This document shows positions 1-12,200 of a stretch of DNA of 64,000 nucleotides, one piece after another. Source of the DNA: Scenedesmus sp. PABB004. Lineage: Eukaryota. The notes beneath the pieces were generated by a model, which saw only the letters and a list, made by a program, of their open reading frames with translations, was not told where the DNA came from and did no database searches. The stretch lies in contig JABVCE010000002.1 in the NCBI GenBank assembly GCA_014905635.1, forward strand, positions 1,922,001-1,986,000, given 5' to 3'. A program made the position numbers and the translations under genes. Position 1 is the first letter of the stretch. Each line of letters opens with the position of its first letter.

Positions 1-213
1 GCACCACGTACTCGCGGCTCCCCGGCGCCCGGCCCGGCGCGTGGCCCGCGCTGCTGAGCCGCCCCGAGAGGCGCGAGTAGAGCTGGCTCGCGCGCACGGG
101 GATGAGCACCACGCCCGCCATCATCATCACCAGCACAAACAGACGCCCTGCGGCGCACGCGGCGGACGCGGCGGTGGCGGCGCGGGGTCGGGGCGGCGCG
201 CGCTGCATTGCGC

Positions 214-249
<36 letters not shown>

Positions 250-1769
250 GTCGAAGGCGGGCGTCGCGGCCGCGCCGCGGGGCGGGGCGCGCACCCAGGC
301 TCGACTTGACCACGACGTCGCCGTACCCGACGGTCGTGATCGTGGACGTCACAAAGTAAAACGCGTCGTGCCACGCCCACCTGCGCGGGGACGGCGGCGG
401 CAGTGGCGCGGCTTGACAGGGGAGCCGCGGCGGGACGGGGAGCCGCGGCAGGCGGAGATGGCAGCTGTCGGGCGGGTGGAGCGGCTGGGCGGGCGGCGCC
501 GCTCACTTCTCCATGACCGCCACGCAGCTCGCCGAGGTGAAGAGCCAGGCCACCACGCTCGCGACGAGCCAGACGAGGGGCACGTTGAGGTTGCCCGCGA
601 TCAGCGCGCCCCTGCCGGGCGGCGGCGGGCGGCGGTGCGGTCGGCGGCGGCGCGGCGGGCGACCGCTCGGCGCCGCGCGGCCGTCGCCCGCGCGGGTGGG
701 CGGCGCGGCAGCCGAGCGGGTGCGGGCAGCGTGCCTGTTGGTCTTCATCGCGCTGAGGTTGCCGGCCAGCAGGCTGAGGCGCAGCAGGCGCAGCGCGCGA
801 AAGACGCGGAACCAGCGCAGGTCGAGCAGGCCCCACGGCGCGGCGAGCTGCAGCCCCGCCGGCGCGGCCGCGGCGAGCAGGGAGGGCGCAAAGGAGAGCA
901 GGTCCACCAGCGCGAGCGGGTGCAGCGCCGCGAGCAGCGGGTGCGCCGACGACGTCTGTGCGGCGCGGCGCGCCGCAGGGCGGGGACCGCTCAGCGGCGC
1001 GGGCGCACGGGCGCGGGCGCGGTGCGCGGCGCGCGGCGCGCGGCGCGCGGTGCACCACGAGGCGCTGCGCCCAGTCGGCGGCAAAGACGAGGCAGAGCCC
1101 CATGTCCAGCCACCACCGCGGCTCGCCCGGGACGACGGGCGAGTACGTGCTGCGCGGCGGGGCGCGGCGCGGGCGTCGCGCCGGGCCGGGGCCCGCCGCC
1201 GCGCTGCTGGCCTGCCTGCGCACGCGCGGCGCGCCGCCCTGGCGCGGCCGCCGGCCAGCTGCACGCTGCGCGCGCACGCGCGCACCTCCAGACGTAGAGA
1301 AGAACGAAGAGCAGGCAGGCGAGCAGCTGGCAGCCTTCGAGCACTAGCCGCGCCTCGGGCTCCTCCAGCGCCGCCGCGCCGCGCCGCGCGCGGCGGCGCA
1401 GCGCGCGCAGCGCGTCGCCGCACGCCGCCGCCGCGCCGCTCAGGAGCGCCGCCGCGAAGCTGCCCGCCGACGTGGCCGCGTCGGCGGCGGGCAGCGCGAG
1501 CGGGTCGCCGGGCGGGCGCGGCGGCGACGGCCAGGCCGCGCCGCCGCCGTGCGCCGCTGAGAGGGCCAGGCCCTGCCGGCGGCGGGGCCGCGCCGGCGGG
1601 CGGCGCGGCGCCTGCGCGGGGCGGCGGCGGCCGCGTTGTGAGCGCGCGTCCCGCTCGCTGCTGCCGGCGGCGGCACCGGCGGCGCCGCGCGCTGCTGCCG
1701 CCGCGCCTGCAGCACCGCGGGGATGCCGGCATGCGGCCGTGATGGCCACGAGACGCCGACTGGCCGCAT
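1..1769 (-). CDS. Voltage-gated K+ channel, BK/Slo-like (5' part; runs off window start); multi-exon
   Basis: The exon at ~297-380 (minus) reads WAWHDAFYFVTSTITTVGYGDVVVKSSLG, containing the TVGYGD selectivity filter. An S4 segment LRWFRVFRALRLLRL and an S6 GRLFVLVMMMAGVVLIP are present, followed by SREYVVL entering a probable RCK domain. The start at 1769 is inferred. Confidence 0.9.
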
Positions 1770-2112
1770 GCTGGGAGCACCCGGCTGCTGCTGCTGCTCC
1801 CCGGAAGGCTACGGCGCCGCGCGCCCGGCGCTGGCGGCCGCGGGGCGCGCATAGGGTGAGGCCGCGTGTCGTAGAGTGCGGTCGAGACGGCGCCGCCGCC
1901 GCGTCGGGGCGCGCGCGTCGGCGCGGGGCTTTGCAGCGCGGCGCCGCCGCCGACGCGGCGCCGAGTCCCCCAGCACCCCGCCGCCCGCCCACAAGCGCGC
2001 CGCTCGACGATCTCTGCCGCGCCGGCCAGCGCCTGCGCCTGCTGCCTCCGCGCGCAGCCTCGGCGGCGGCGCAGCAGCGGCGGCGCGCGAAGCGGCTGCC
2101 GCCCGTTGCGCG

Positions 2113-5100
2113 ATGGCGATGGAGCTGGACGCCCCCTCGGGCATGGACAGCGACAGCGACGCCGAGCAGCCCAGCGCCCCGCCGCGGCGGGGGAGCGCGA
2201 GCGGTCCGAGCGCAGCGGCGCTCGCGGCCGTGGCGGGCGGGCCGCCCGCACGGCGGCGGCGGAGCTGCGGCGCCGCGCCGTCGGCCGGGGCAGGTGCGCG
2301 CCGCCGCGCCGGGCGCCTCCGCGCCCGCCGCCGCCGACGCCGCTGCTCAACCCGACCGCGCCGCCCGCTGGCGCAGATCCCGACGGCAGCTCCGGCGGCG
2401 GGAGCGGCGGCAGGGACGGCAGCGGCAGCAGCGGGGGCAGCGACGGCAGCGGCAGCAGCGGCAGCAGCGGGGGCGGCGACAGCAGCACCGAGAGCGAGGA
2501 GGAGGGCCCGCCCGTGACGCGCGCGGAGGTGGAGGGCGTGATGGCACGCTATCGGGCGCTGCGCGCCGCCGTGGCCGCGGAGCAGCGCGCGCTCGCGCCG
2601 GGCCTCGTCGCGGCCAACCAGGCCGCGCTGCAGGAGCGCGGCGCGGAGCTGGTCGCGCGGCGGCGCGTCAACCGGCTCGCGGCGGCGGAGCCGCCCCCCG
2701 ACGCCGAGCGCGGCGGCGGCGGTGGCGGCGGCGGCGACGGCGGCGGCGACGGTGGCGGCGGTGAGGGCGCGGCGGGGGGCGAGCGGCCGCCCCCCTTCAC
2801 CGCGCGTTACACGTCCAAGGACGCTACCGGCTATGGCCGCCGCGCGTTCCGGCTCGCCTTTGAGCAGCGGGTGCGGCGCCAGTGCCGGGGCCCGGGCCTG
2901 CAGCCGTGGGGCCGCAGCGCGCGCCCCTCCCGCCCGCGCTGAACCCCGCCGCCGCTGGCGCCGCTGCCGCCGCGTCAGCTTCCCGAGTACTACTCCTGGC
3001 AGTTCCTGCCGCGCAGCGAGCTTGCGGCGGAGCACGGACTCAGCGGGCAGTGCATGTTTTACACCGACGAGACCGGCGAGACCATGCCGGCCAGCGACGA
3101 CGAGGACAACGACCAGGCGCGCCGCGCCGGCGCCGGCAGCGGGCGGCCGCGCGAGCGGCTGCGCCGGCGGCTCGCGCGCCTCGCCGGTGGCTCGCGCGCC
3201 GCGCCGGCGGCTCACGCGCCTCCACTGCCGCTGCTGCGCCGCCGCGCGCAGAAGCCATGGAACGCCAAGGAGGGCTGGACCCACGACCACGCGCTGGTGT
3301 GCCTGGCTGAGGTGCGCGGGCGCGCGCCGCCGCGCCGCCCCTCGCGCGGCGCGGCGCGCCGACGAGCGCCGTGCGCCGCAGGAGCACGCCGACCGGCTGC
3401 CGTGGCTGCTGGCCGCGCTCTCGGAGGGGCTGCGGACACCCAGGCTGGTGGGGCCCAAGCGGGACGACGCCGGCCTGCGAGTGGGCGGCCGCGCCGCGCC
3501 GCGCCGCGCTGCGCCCGGCCCGCGCCTCGGCCCCGCCGCCACTGCCGCCGCCGCCTTGGCCCCGACCCAGCTCCCGCCGCCGCGGCCGCCGCGCCGCCGC
3601 CGCCGCCGCCGCCGCCGCAGGTCTCACCCGCCGGCCTGGCGGCGCGGCTGGAGTTCCTCAAAGGCCGCGCGCCACCGCCGGCGCCGCCGACGGAGCAGCA
3701 GCGCATGTGCGCGCGGCGCCGCGCCGCACGGGCGTGCGCCAGCAGCACCCGCGGGGCGGCGCTCACGTGCAACATGCGCCCGGCGCCGCCGCCCCGGCGC
3801 GCAGGGCGGCCTCCTTCCGCCACCGGCGCTCAGCCCTGCGCCGCCACTTCTGCGTCCGCTGCAATGTCTACCACTGCCGCCTGCACGGCGGCGACCACGT
3901 GCTCCCCGCCAACCGCCCCCCGCCGCCCCGCCGCCGCCCGCTGCGCGGCCGTGCGGGCCGGGCTGCTGGCGGCACGCGGCCGCCGCGCCGCCCGGCGCGG
4001 CGGAGCCCGGCGCGGCGGAGCCCGGCGCGGCGGAGCCCGCGCTGGGTGCGTACGAGCGCGGCCTGCTGCTGGAGGGCATTCGCCTGTTTGGCCGGGACGC
4101 CTGCCAGGTCGCACTGCTGCTGCTCGAGCGCAGCTGTGCAGAGGTGCGCAGCTGGCTGCAGCTCCTGCCGGCTGACGCGCCCGCGGCGCGCAGCAGCGGT
4201 GGCGGCAGCAGCAGCGGCGGCGACGGCGCGCCCCAGGAGGATGCCACGCCCGAACCGCCGCTCAAGACGGCGGCCGCGCAGGCCGCGCGACGGCGCAAGG
4301 TGTGGGGAGGCACAGCGCGCTGCAGCGTGCGTCGCTCGCTCCCCCCTCACTGTCACGCGCGCTCTGCCCGCCGCCGACCCCGCCCCCGACCCGCCCGCCC
4401 GCAGCGCGGCGGTGGCGCGTGGCGCCAGCAGTCGGCGCGGCGGCTCGTCGCCAGCAAGCGCGCCACGGACAGCAAAGCGGACCGCGCGGCCGAGCCGTAC
4501 GCCCCCTGCACGTGCGCCGGGCCCTGCAAGCCGGGCTCCTGCAGCTGCATCGCCTCGTCCAACTATTGCGAGCGCTTCTGCGCCTGCGTGGGCTGCGCCG
4601 ACCGCGACTGCTTGTGCGTGCGGCGCGGCGCGCGAGCCGCGCGAGCCCGCGGCGAGGGCGCTGGTGGCGCGGCGCGGCCTCCCACGGCCCTCCCGCCGCC
4701 GCCGCGCCGTGCCTGCGCAGCTTCGAGGGCTGCCGCTGCGTCGGGGACTGCCGCACAAACGACTGTGCCTGCCTCAAGGCGGGGCGGGAGTGCGACCCTG
4801 CGGTCTGCGCGCGCTGCAAGCCCGCCGCCGCAGCCGCGGCGGCTGGCGGCGCTGGCGCGGCAGCGTCTGCGGAGGGCGCGGAGCCCTGCGGCAACATGGG
4901 CATGCGCCTCAGGCAGCACCCGGTCATCCACGTGGGCCTCAGCGGCGTGGCGGGTGCGCGCGCGCTGTTTGCCGCCCGGCCGCGCACGCGCCGCGGCGGC
5001 GGCGTGGCCCCTCGCGCGCCACCCCTCACGCCCGCGCCGGCCTCGGCAGGCTGGGGCGCGTTCCTGGGCCAGTCGGTGCGCACGGGGGACTTTCTCGGGG

Positions 5101-5803
5101 AGTACGTGGGAGAGCTGCTCACGCAGGTGCGCGCGCGGGGCGCGCCGGCACGCACGCCAGCAGCCCCCCTGCCACCCCCCCCCCCCCCCCCGCGGCTGCG
5201 GCGGGGCCGCGGCGGCCGCGACCACCCCGCGCCCGCGGCCGTGCCCCCCGGCGCGTGCACGCGCGCAGGCCGAGGCCAACCGGCGCGGCAAGGCGTACGA
5301 CCGCAGCAACAACAGCTACCTGTTTGGTGTCAACAGCGAGTGGGTGCTCGACGCGCGCGGCGCGGGCAACAAGCTGCGCTTCGCAAACCACAGCTCCGCA
5401 CCAAACTGCGGCCCGCGGTGTGTTTGCGCGCGCGCGCTCGCCGCGGCGCTCCGCCGCGCTGGCCGCCCCGCGGCGCGCGCGGCGTCCGCCGCCGACGCCC
5501 CGCCGCCGGCCCTCCGCCGCCGCCGCGGCAGCGTGCTGATGGTGGACGGCGACCACCGCGTGGGGCTGTACGCGCTGCGCGCCATCGCGGCTGGCGAGGA
5601 GCTCTTTTACAACTACAGGTCCGCCGCAGGGTGGCAGGGGAGGGGGGCACCCGCTGGCGCCGCCGCCGCGGAGGCGCGCCTTGCCACGCGCCCGCCCTGG
5701 CCCGACCCGCCGCTGCCGCCGCCGCTGGCGGGTCGTCGTCGCGCCGCCTGCGCGCCGCAGGTACGACCTCGACAACGCGCCGGCGTGGGCCATCAGGGAG
5801 TGA
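2113..5803 (+). CDS. EZH: Enhancer-of-zeste/CURLY LEAF-like H3K27 methyltransferase (PRC2 catalytic subunit); ~13 introns
   Basis: Joined exons give [33 protein letters not shown], a SANT-like [21 protein letters not shown], a CXC region ([26 protein letters not shown]) and SET motifs [28 protein letters not shown]. Ends PAWAIRE-TGA. Confidence 0.93.
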
Positions 5804-5929
5804 CGGGGAGCGGCAGGGAGTGGCGGGAGGGAGCGACGGCGGCTGCTGCGCCGGGAGGCGCGCACGCGTTTTTGAGCCACACGGGCGCGCGCGCTGTGCG
5901 CGCTGGAAGACAGTCGCCCGCCGCGCTGG

Positions 5930-6034
5930 TTACCACGGACGGCGCCCGCCGCCGCGCCGCGCCGTCAGCGCTGGCGGCCCTGGCTGCCCGAGCGCCCCGC
6001 CTGGGCAGCCGCGCCGCCGGCCGCTGGCCGCTGC

Positions 6035-6085
<51 letters not shown>

Positions 6086-7216
6086 GGCGGCGGCGCCGCG
6101 CCGCCCCGGGCCTGCCGACGGCCGGCGGCAGCGGCCCGCGCCCCAGCGCGCGCCCGCCGCGGACGCGACCCACGCGTCCGCCGCCGCCTTGCGCTCGGCC
6201 GTGGCCGCTGCCGCCGCCGCGGCCGCCGCGGCCGCCGCCTCGGGGCTCGGCGGGTTGACAAACCGGCCGAGCGCCGCGCGCAGGCTGTCGCGCGTCATGC
6301 GCCGCCCGACCACCACAAACGGGATGCCCGCGTTGGCCGCCGCGCGCTCGCCCTGCGTGAGGTTCTGGTGCCGCCCGCCGGCCGTGTTTTTCACCGCCAG
6401 CAGCAGGTCGGCCTCGCTTATGCCGTCGACCTGCTCCACGCGCCCCGCCCAGCCGCACGCCGCGACCGCGCGCTCCACCGCGGCCGCGTCCACGCCAAAG
6501 CGAAACACGCGGACCACGCGCCCGCCGGCGCCAGCGCCAGCGCCGGCGCGGGCCGGGCCGCCGCTCGCGCGGGGCTGCTCGCTCGCGGCCGCCGCCGCCG
6601 GCGCCGGCGCCACGCTGCCGAAGCCCTTGCCGTTGCTGGGCAGCAGCCGCACCGCCGGCTGCTCCCTCGCGGGCTTGGCGGCCTTGGCGGGCCGCGACGG
6701 CGCTGGCTGCGCCGCGCCGCCGTCGGCCGGCGCCGCCCCGGCCTTGGCCGACCCCGCCTCCCCCGGGTGCTTGCTCGCGCGGCTGCCGGCCGGCTTGGCG
6801 TTGCTCGCCGCGCCGCCGCCACGGCCGCTGCTGCTGCTGCTGCTGCTCGTGCCGCCCTTCTGCTGCTGCTTGCCGGCGCCGGCCGGCCGCGCTGCGGCGC
6901 CGCCGCTGCCGCGCGCCGGTGCTGCGGCCGCGGGCTTCTTCTTCTTTTGCTTGCCGCCGGCGCCCGCCTGCTTGGCGGCGCCGCCGGGCGCCACCAGGCC
7001 ACTAAACTGCGCGCGCAGGTCGGCCAGCAGCGCCGCCGCCGGCGGGGCGCCGCCCGGCTGCGGCGACTGCGGCTGCTGCGGCGACTGCGGCTGCTGCGGC
7101 GCCGCGCGCGGCGGCGGCGCGAGCGCGCGCCGCGGCCGCCCTGGCGAAGCGGCTGTGAGGGCTGATGCTGGCGCTACGCGGCCGCCCTGCGGGAGGCGGC
7201 GCAGCGCGCCGGCCAT
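5930..7216 (-). CDS. Hypothetical, probably plastid-targeted protein with a Ycf45-like C-terminal subdomain
   Basis: Single ORF from ATG 7216. An Arg/Ala/Ser-rich N-terminus and K/A/P linker precede a globular segment [65 protein letters not shown]. The family match is from memory. Confidence 0.6.
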
Positions 7217-7536
7217 GGCAGCGGCGCCGGCGGCGGGCGGGCAGCGGCGGGGCGGGCGGCGGTGCGCGCGAGCTGTGCCGTGCGGGTGGGATGGCGGCGA
7301 CGGCGGGACGGCAGGGATGTGCTGGGCGTCTGGTGGCGGCGAGCGGCTGCGCCGGGCTTCGCCGAGCCCGCTGCACCCGCAATACACCTCGCAGCGGCCG
7401 GTCCTCCGCCGCCGCGCACCCACGCGGCCCCGCGCTGCCACCCGCTGCTCTGCGTCGTCCCTGCTACACTCCAGGCGGCAACCCACCCCTCTGCGAGCCC
7501 GGCGCTCCGCGCGCGCCCGCGGCGTGAGCGGCCGCG

Positions 7537-8988
7537 ATGCCGAGCAAGGCGGCGCGGGCCGTGTTTGGGACCGCGCAGGCCTGGAAGATCGTCCGCGGCG
7601 ACACGGTGCAGGTGATGACCGGCCGGGACCGCGGCAAGGTGGGGGAGGTGATCAAGGTCATCCGCGACGCCCGCTTCCCGCGCGTCTTCGTGTCGGGCGT
7701 CAACATGGTGCGCTTGTGCAGCCGTGGCCGGCGCCGCAGGGCGCGCGGCGCGCCGGTCGCCGGCCGGCGGCCGGCGGCGGCGCCGCTGCTGCCGCCGCTG
7801 CTGCGACCGCCGCTGCTGCGGGCGGCCACACCGCTCCGCCGCCGCCGCCGCAGGTCACGCGCCACATCCGGTCCATGGAGGAGCCCAGCGGCGAGCCGGT
7901 GGCGGGCTACTCGGTCAAGTACGAGGTGCGCCGCCGCGTGTGGAGCCCGGCGCGCAGCGGCAGTCGTCTGCCCGCGCCGCACGCCGGCCCGCCGCGCGCT
8001 TGAATGCCGCCGCCGCCGCCGCCGCCGCCGGCAGGCGCCGATCCACTACAGCAACGTGATGCTCGTCGACCCGGTGACCGCCAAGCCGGCGCGCGTGCGC
8101 TTCGCCTACGAGGACAAGCCGCCGTACAAGCGGTGTGCGCGGCGGGCGCGACGGCAGCGGCGGCGGCGGCGGCAGCAGCGGCGGCGGCGGCGGCGGCGGG
8201 GGCTCGCTCACGCGCCCGTGGCGCGCCGCCGCGCCCAGGTGCGCATCACGCGGGGCAAGAACGCCGCGCGCTGCATCGTGCCCTGGCCGCGCAAGTGGGA
8301 GAGCGACGCGCGGCGCGCGACCGAGGGTGCGGCGCCCGCGCGCCCGCGCCCCCCGCGCGCCGCGCCCCGCCGCGCCCCGCTCCACAGCGCCCGCCGCCGC
8401 GCCGCCGCAGTCAACCCGAGCCTCGACACGCGGCTGGAGGAGGTTGACAAGGTGACCTACAGCCCGGAGGCCTCCGACTTTGATGCCTTTGCCGTGCCCT
8501 CGGCGCACCGCGCGCTGCGCGAGCTGCGCGCGCTGCGCGACGCCGAGGCCGCGGCCGCGGCGGCGGCCGCGGCGGCCGCCGCGGCGCCGCCGCCGCGGCG
8601 GGGGCCGCTGTTTGAGCTGGCGGTGGCGCCGAGCTGGGGCCCAGCGCGGGCGCCAGCCGGCGCAGCAGCAGCCGCGGCAGCAGCAGGCGCGCGGCGCGGC
8701 GGGGGCAGCAGGGGCTTCAGCAGCTGCAGCGGCAGCGGCTGCGGCCACAGCAGCGGCAGCGGCAGCAGCGGCGGCAGCGGCGCCAGCGCGGCAGGCCTGG
8801 AGGCCCTGCAGGACGCGCTGAGCAGGTGCAGCGTCAGCGGCGGCGGGGGCAGCGGCCTCGCGCTGCTGCAGAGCCGGCTGCCACGGTGCAGCAGCAGCAG
8901 CTGGGGGGCCGCCGCGCTGTGCGGCGGCGCGCGGCACGGCGTGTGGCGGGGGCTTGCGGCCGCGTGTCACGCGGGCCTGCCGCTGTGA
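7537..8988 (+). CDS. rpl24: Ribosomal protein uL24 (likely mitochondrial) with a long C-terminal extension; 4 introns
   Basis: KOW motif WKIVRGDTVQVMTGRDRGKVGEVIKV..VFVSGVNM and the EAPIHYSNVMLVDP signature. Confidence 0.92.
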   Translation: MPSKAARAVFGTAQAWKIVRGDTVQVMTGRDRGKVGEVIKVIRDARFPRVFVSGVNMVRLCSRGRRRRARGAPVAGRRPAAAPLLPPLLRPPLLRAATPLRRRRRRSRATSGPWRSPAASRWRATRSSTRCAAACGARRAAAVVCPRRTPARRALECRRRRRRRRQAPIHYSNVMLVDPVTAKPARVRFAYEDKPPYKRCARRARRQRRRRRQQRRRRRRRGLAHAPVARRRAQVRITRGKNAARCIVPWPRKWESDARRATEGAAPARPRPPRAAPRRAPLHSARRRAAAVNPSLDTRLEEVDKVTYSPEASDFDAFAVPSAHRALRELRALRDAEAAAAAAAAAAAAAPPPRRGPLFELAVAPSWGPARAPAGAAAAAAAAGARRGGGSRGFSSCSGSGCGHSSGSGSSGGSGASAAGLEALQDALSRCSVSGGGGSGLALLQSRLPRCSSSSWGAAALCGGARHGVWRGLAAACHAGLPL

Positions 8989-9289
8989 GCGCGGCGCCGC
9001 CGGCCGTGTGACGCTGCCTGCCTGGCGGGGTCGCTCCGCCGCGTGCTCGCCGCCGCCACCGCTCGCAGCGCTTACACCCAGCAGTCGCCTGGGCAGCGAG
9101 AGCCCGCCGAGCCGGCCGACTGGGGCAGCGCCGCCCTAGCGCCGCTAGTCGCCAGCGCCCCACTCGCGCGCTCGCCACGCGGCGGCGCGTTCATGTCAGC
9201 TCGATGAGCGCGCGCGGCACCGGCCGCGCTGCGCGCCGCAGCCCCACGCCCCTGCGCCGGCGCCCCGTCCGGCCTGCCGGCGCGGCGCG

Positions 9290-12200
9290 TCAGATGCGCA
9301 GCGGCGTGGTGCCGATCGGCTTGACCTCGTCCATGGGGCTGTTGCGGATGAAGTCCGCCCAGTGCTTGGGCATGAGGTTGGCCAGCGTCACCGCGTCGCT
9401 GCCCTCCGCCAGCGCGACCTGGCGCGCCGCCGCGGCGGCGGCGCAAGCAAACGGCGTCGCACGGGCGCGGGTGGGCGCGCGCCGGCGGGGGGCAGCGCGC
9501 CGGCCGAGCAGCGAGAGGCGGCGGCGCCGCGCCGCACCTCGAGCGTGGCGACCTCAAAGAGCAGCTGCTCCACCGCAACCTTGGTCTTCTGCAGCTTGGG
9601 CACCAGCGCCGACGCGATCGCCTGGCCCTCCTCCGCGCCCAGCCACAGGTTGTCCAGCACCACCGGGAAGCCGCCTGCCGGGCGGGCGCAGGGCGGGGCG
9701 CTGGGCGCGGGGCGCCGGGCCCCGGGGCGGCGACGCCCTGCGCGGCGCGGCGCGCCCGCGCGGCCCCGCTAGCTGCTTCCCGCGCTGCCGCGGCCCCCGC
9801 ACCCTCGAGGTTGGTGTTGATCTGCACCAGCTTGGCCGCCAGCAGCCCCCGCAGCTGCGCCGCCTCGCCCTGGATCGCCTCGACCGGCTCCGACGCGCCG
9901 CCGAGGCTCTTGCACGCGCGCGCAAAGAGGCCCTTCAGCAGGTACGTCACCTGCGCCGCCGGGCGGGCGGGCGCGGGGCGCGGGGCGCGGGGCGCGGGGC
10001 GCGGCGCAGGGAGGCGCTGAGCTCGACGGGCGGCGAGGCGGGAGCTGCCGCCGCGCGTGGCGGCGCGCCGCCGCGCCCGCCGCCGCGCGCGGGCGGGGCG
10101 CGCCTGCTTCATGCCGTCGTCGACCGCGAGCTGGCCGAGCAGCCAGTCGGCGATCTTGGGCGCGTGCTCGGGCGCGCTCCACAGGATGTGCTCCAGCAGC
10201 AGGCAATCATACTCGGACACGCTGTCGCGCCCGTTGCAGTAGGCGGCGACCTAACAGCAGCAGCGGCGGCCGGCCGCGGCGGCGGCACGCACGCAGGACA
10301 GGGTCACGGCGGCGCGCGCGGCGCAGCGGGCGCCCGCTGCGCTCCCACGCCACGAGGAGCAGGCCCGCGCCGCGCGCGCCGCCGCACGGCCGGGCGCGAC
10401 GCACCTGCATGAGCGCGACGGCCTTGACCAGCCGCCGGTCGCTCACGTACACGGGGGGCTCGATCTTTTCCTGCAGGAAGCTGCGCAGGTCGGCGAGCAG
10501 CTGGATGACGTGCTGCGGCACGCGCACCGCCGCGAGCGCCGCCGCGCGCGTCTGGCTGAAGTCGTCGAGGCTCAGCCGCGCGCTCGGGTCGACCTGGCGG
10601 GGCGGGCGGGCGCGGTGCGCTTGGCACAGGGCGCGCACGCAGGGGGCCGTGCACCTGCATCGCGCCGCGCCGCGCACCTGCATCGCGCCGCTGCGCGCGC
10701 CGGCGCCGCCGGCGTCGCCCGCGCCCCACTCGCCGCCATCGACGCTGTTGCCGGCGTAATAGTCAAGCATCTGGGTCAGGCCTGCGTGCGTGCGTGCGTG
10801 CATTGCCTGTGTGCACGCGCCGTGTGCGGCGAGCGGAGCCGCCGCCGCCGCCCGCAGCGCCGTCCGCAGCCGCCGCGCCGCGCCGCTGCGCGGCAGCTCT
10901 GCTGCGCACCCGCGACGGTGACCTGCTTGACCTGCTTGCGGATGAGGAATCGGTCGTACAGCGCGTCGAGCTCCTCGCTCTCGGGCAGCTCGTTCGACGC
11001 GCCCACGAGCGTCACGAGCGGCACCTGCGGACCGCGGCCGGACCGCGGCGCGGCGGCTCGCGGCGGCTCGCGGCGCCGCGGCGCGGCGCGAGCGCGCGCG
11101 GGGCACGCCGCGGACGCGTGGGACGGCGTGCGCCGCGGGGGGCCGCGCCTTGGTGCGCGCGCTGCCATTGTCGAAGAGGCGCTCGTTGAGGATGGTGAGC
11201 AGCGTGTTGAGGATGGCGCTGTTGGCCTTGAAGATCTCATCGATGAACGCGACCTGCCGGCGGCGCGGCGCAGGTCGGGTCGGCACACGTCGGCGCGCGT
11301 CGGCGCGCGTCGGCACGGGTCAGCGCGGGCCGCCCCGCCCCGTTGCTGCGCCAAGCGCAGCCCCGCGGCCGAGCCCCGGCGCCGTGCCGCGCCGCGCCTG
11401 GGCGTCTGGCAGATACCCCCGGGTCTGGCGGACGTACTGGTCCTCCTCGAGCGCGCGCATGCTGAGCGGGCCAAAGAGCTCCTCAGGCACGCTGAAGCGC
11501 GTCAGCAGGCGCTCGAAATAGGCGCCCTGGATCAGGCTGCTCAGCCGGCGCCCGACCTGCGGCGCGTGTGCGCGGCGCGCGTGGCGCGGCGGCGGGGGCG
11601 CGGCGGCGGGGGCGTGGCGCCGCGCGTGGCGCCGCGCGCGGCAGCCCCGCCGCGCGCGGCGAGGCCGCGGCCGCACCTCCGACTTGGCGGTGCCGGGCGG
11701 GCCGATGAGCAGGATGTGCTCCCGGCACATCGCCGCGAGCAGCAGCAGCCGCACCTGGCGGCGGCGGGCGGGCGGCGCCGCACGTCGGCGGCGGCGCGCG
11801 GGCGCCCCCGCACGCCCGCCGCCCGCGCACGCCTGCGCTCGCCACGCGCGCCACGCGGCCCCGCGCCCACCTCGGTGTCGCGCTCCACCAGGCCCGTCTG
11901 CATGATGCGCACCGCGTTGTCCAGCTTCTGCCGCAGCGCCCAGTTGTCGATCGTGCCGCCCGCAGCGGCGGCGCCGCCGCCGTTGCCGCCGCCCGAGTGC
12001 GCCTCGAGGATGCTGGCGAGGTGCTCCCGTGCGCGGTCTTTGAGCACCTGGAGCTTCTGGTTGGCCGCCAGGTCCCGCGCGACGTAGTCGCCGCCGCCGT
12101 CTGCGCGCGCGGCACGCGCGGCGCGGCAGGGTGGTGGGCGCAGGCAGGGGCGGGCGACCGCCGCGAGCGCGCCGGCGCGCGCAACGCACCAGAGGCCGCG

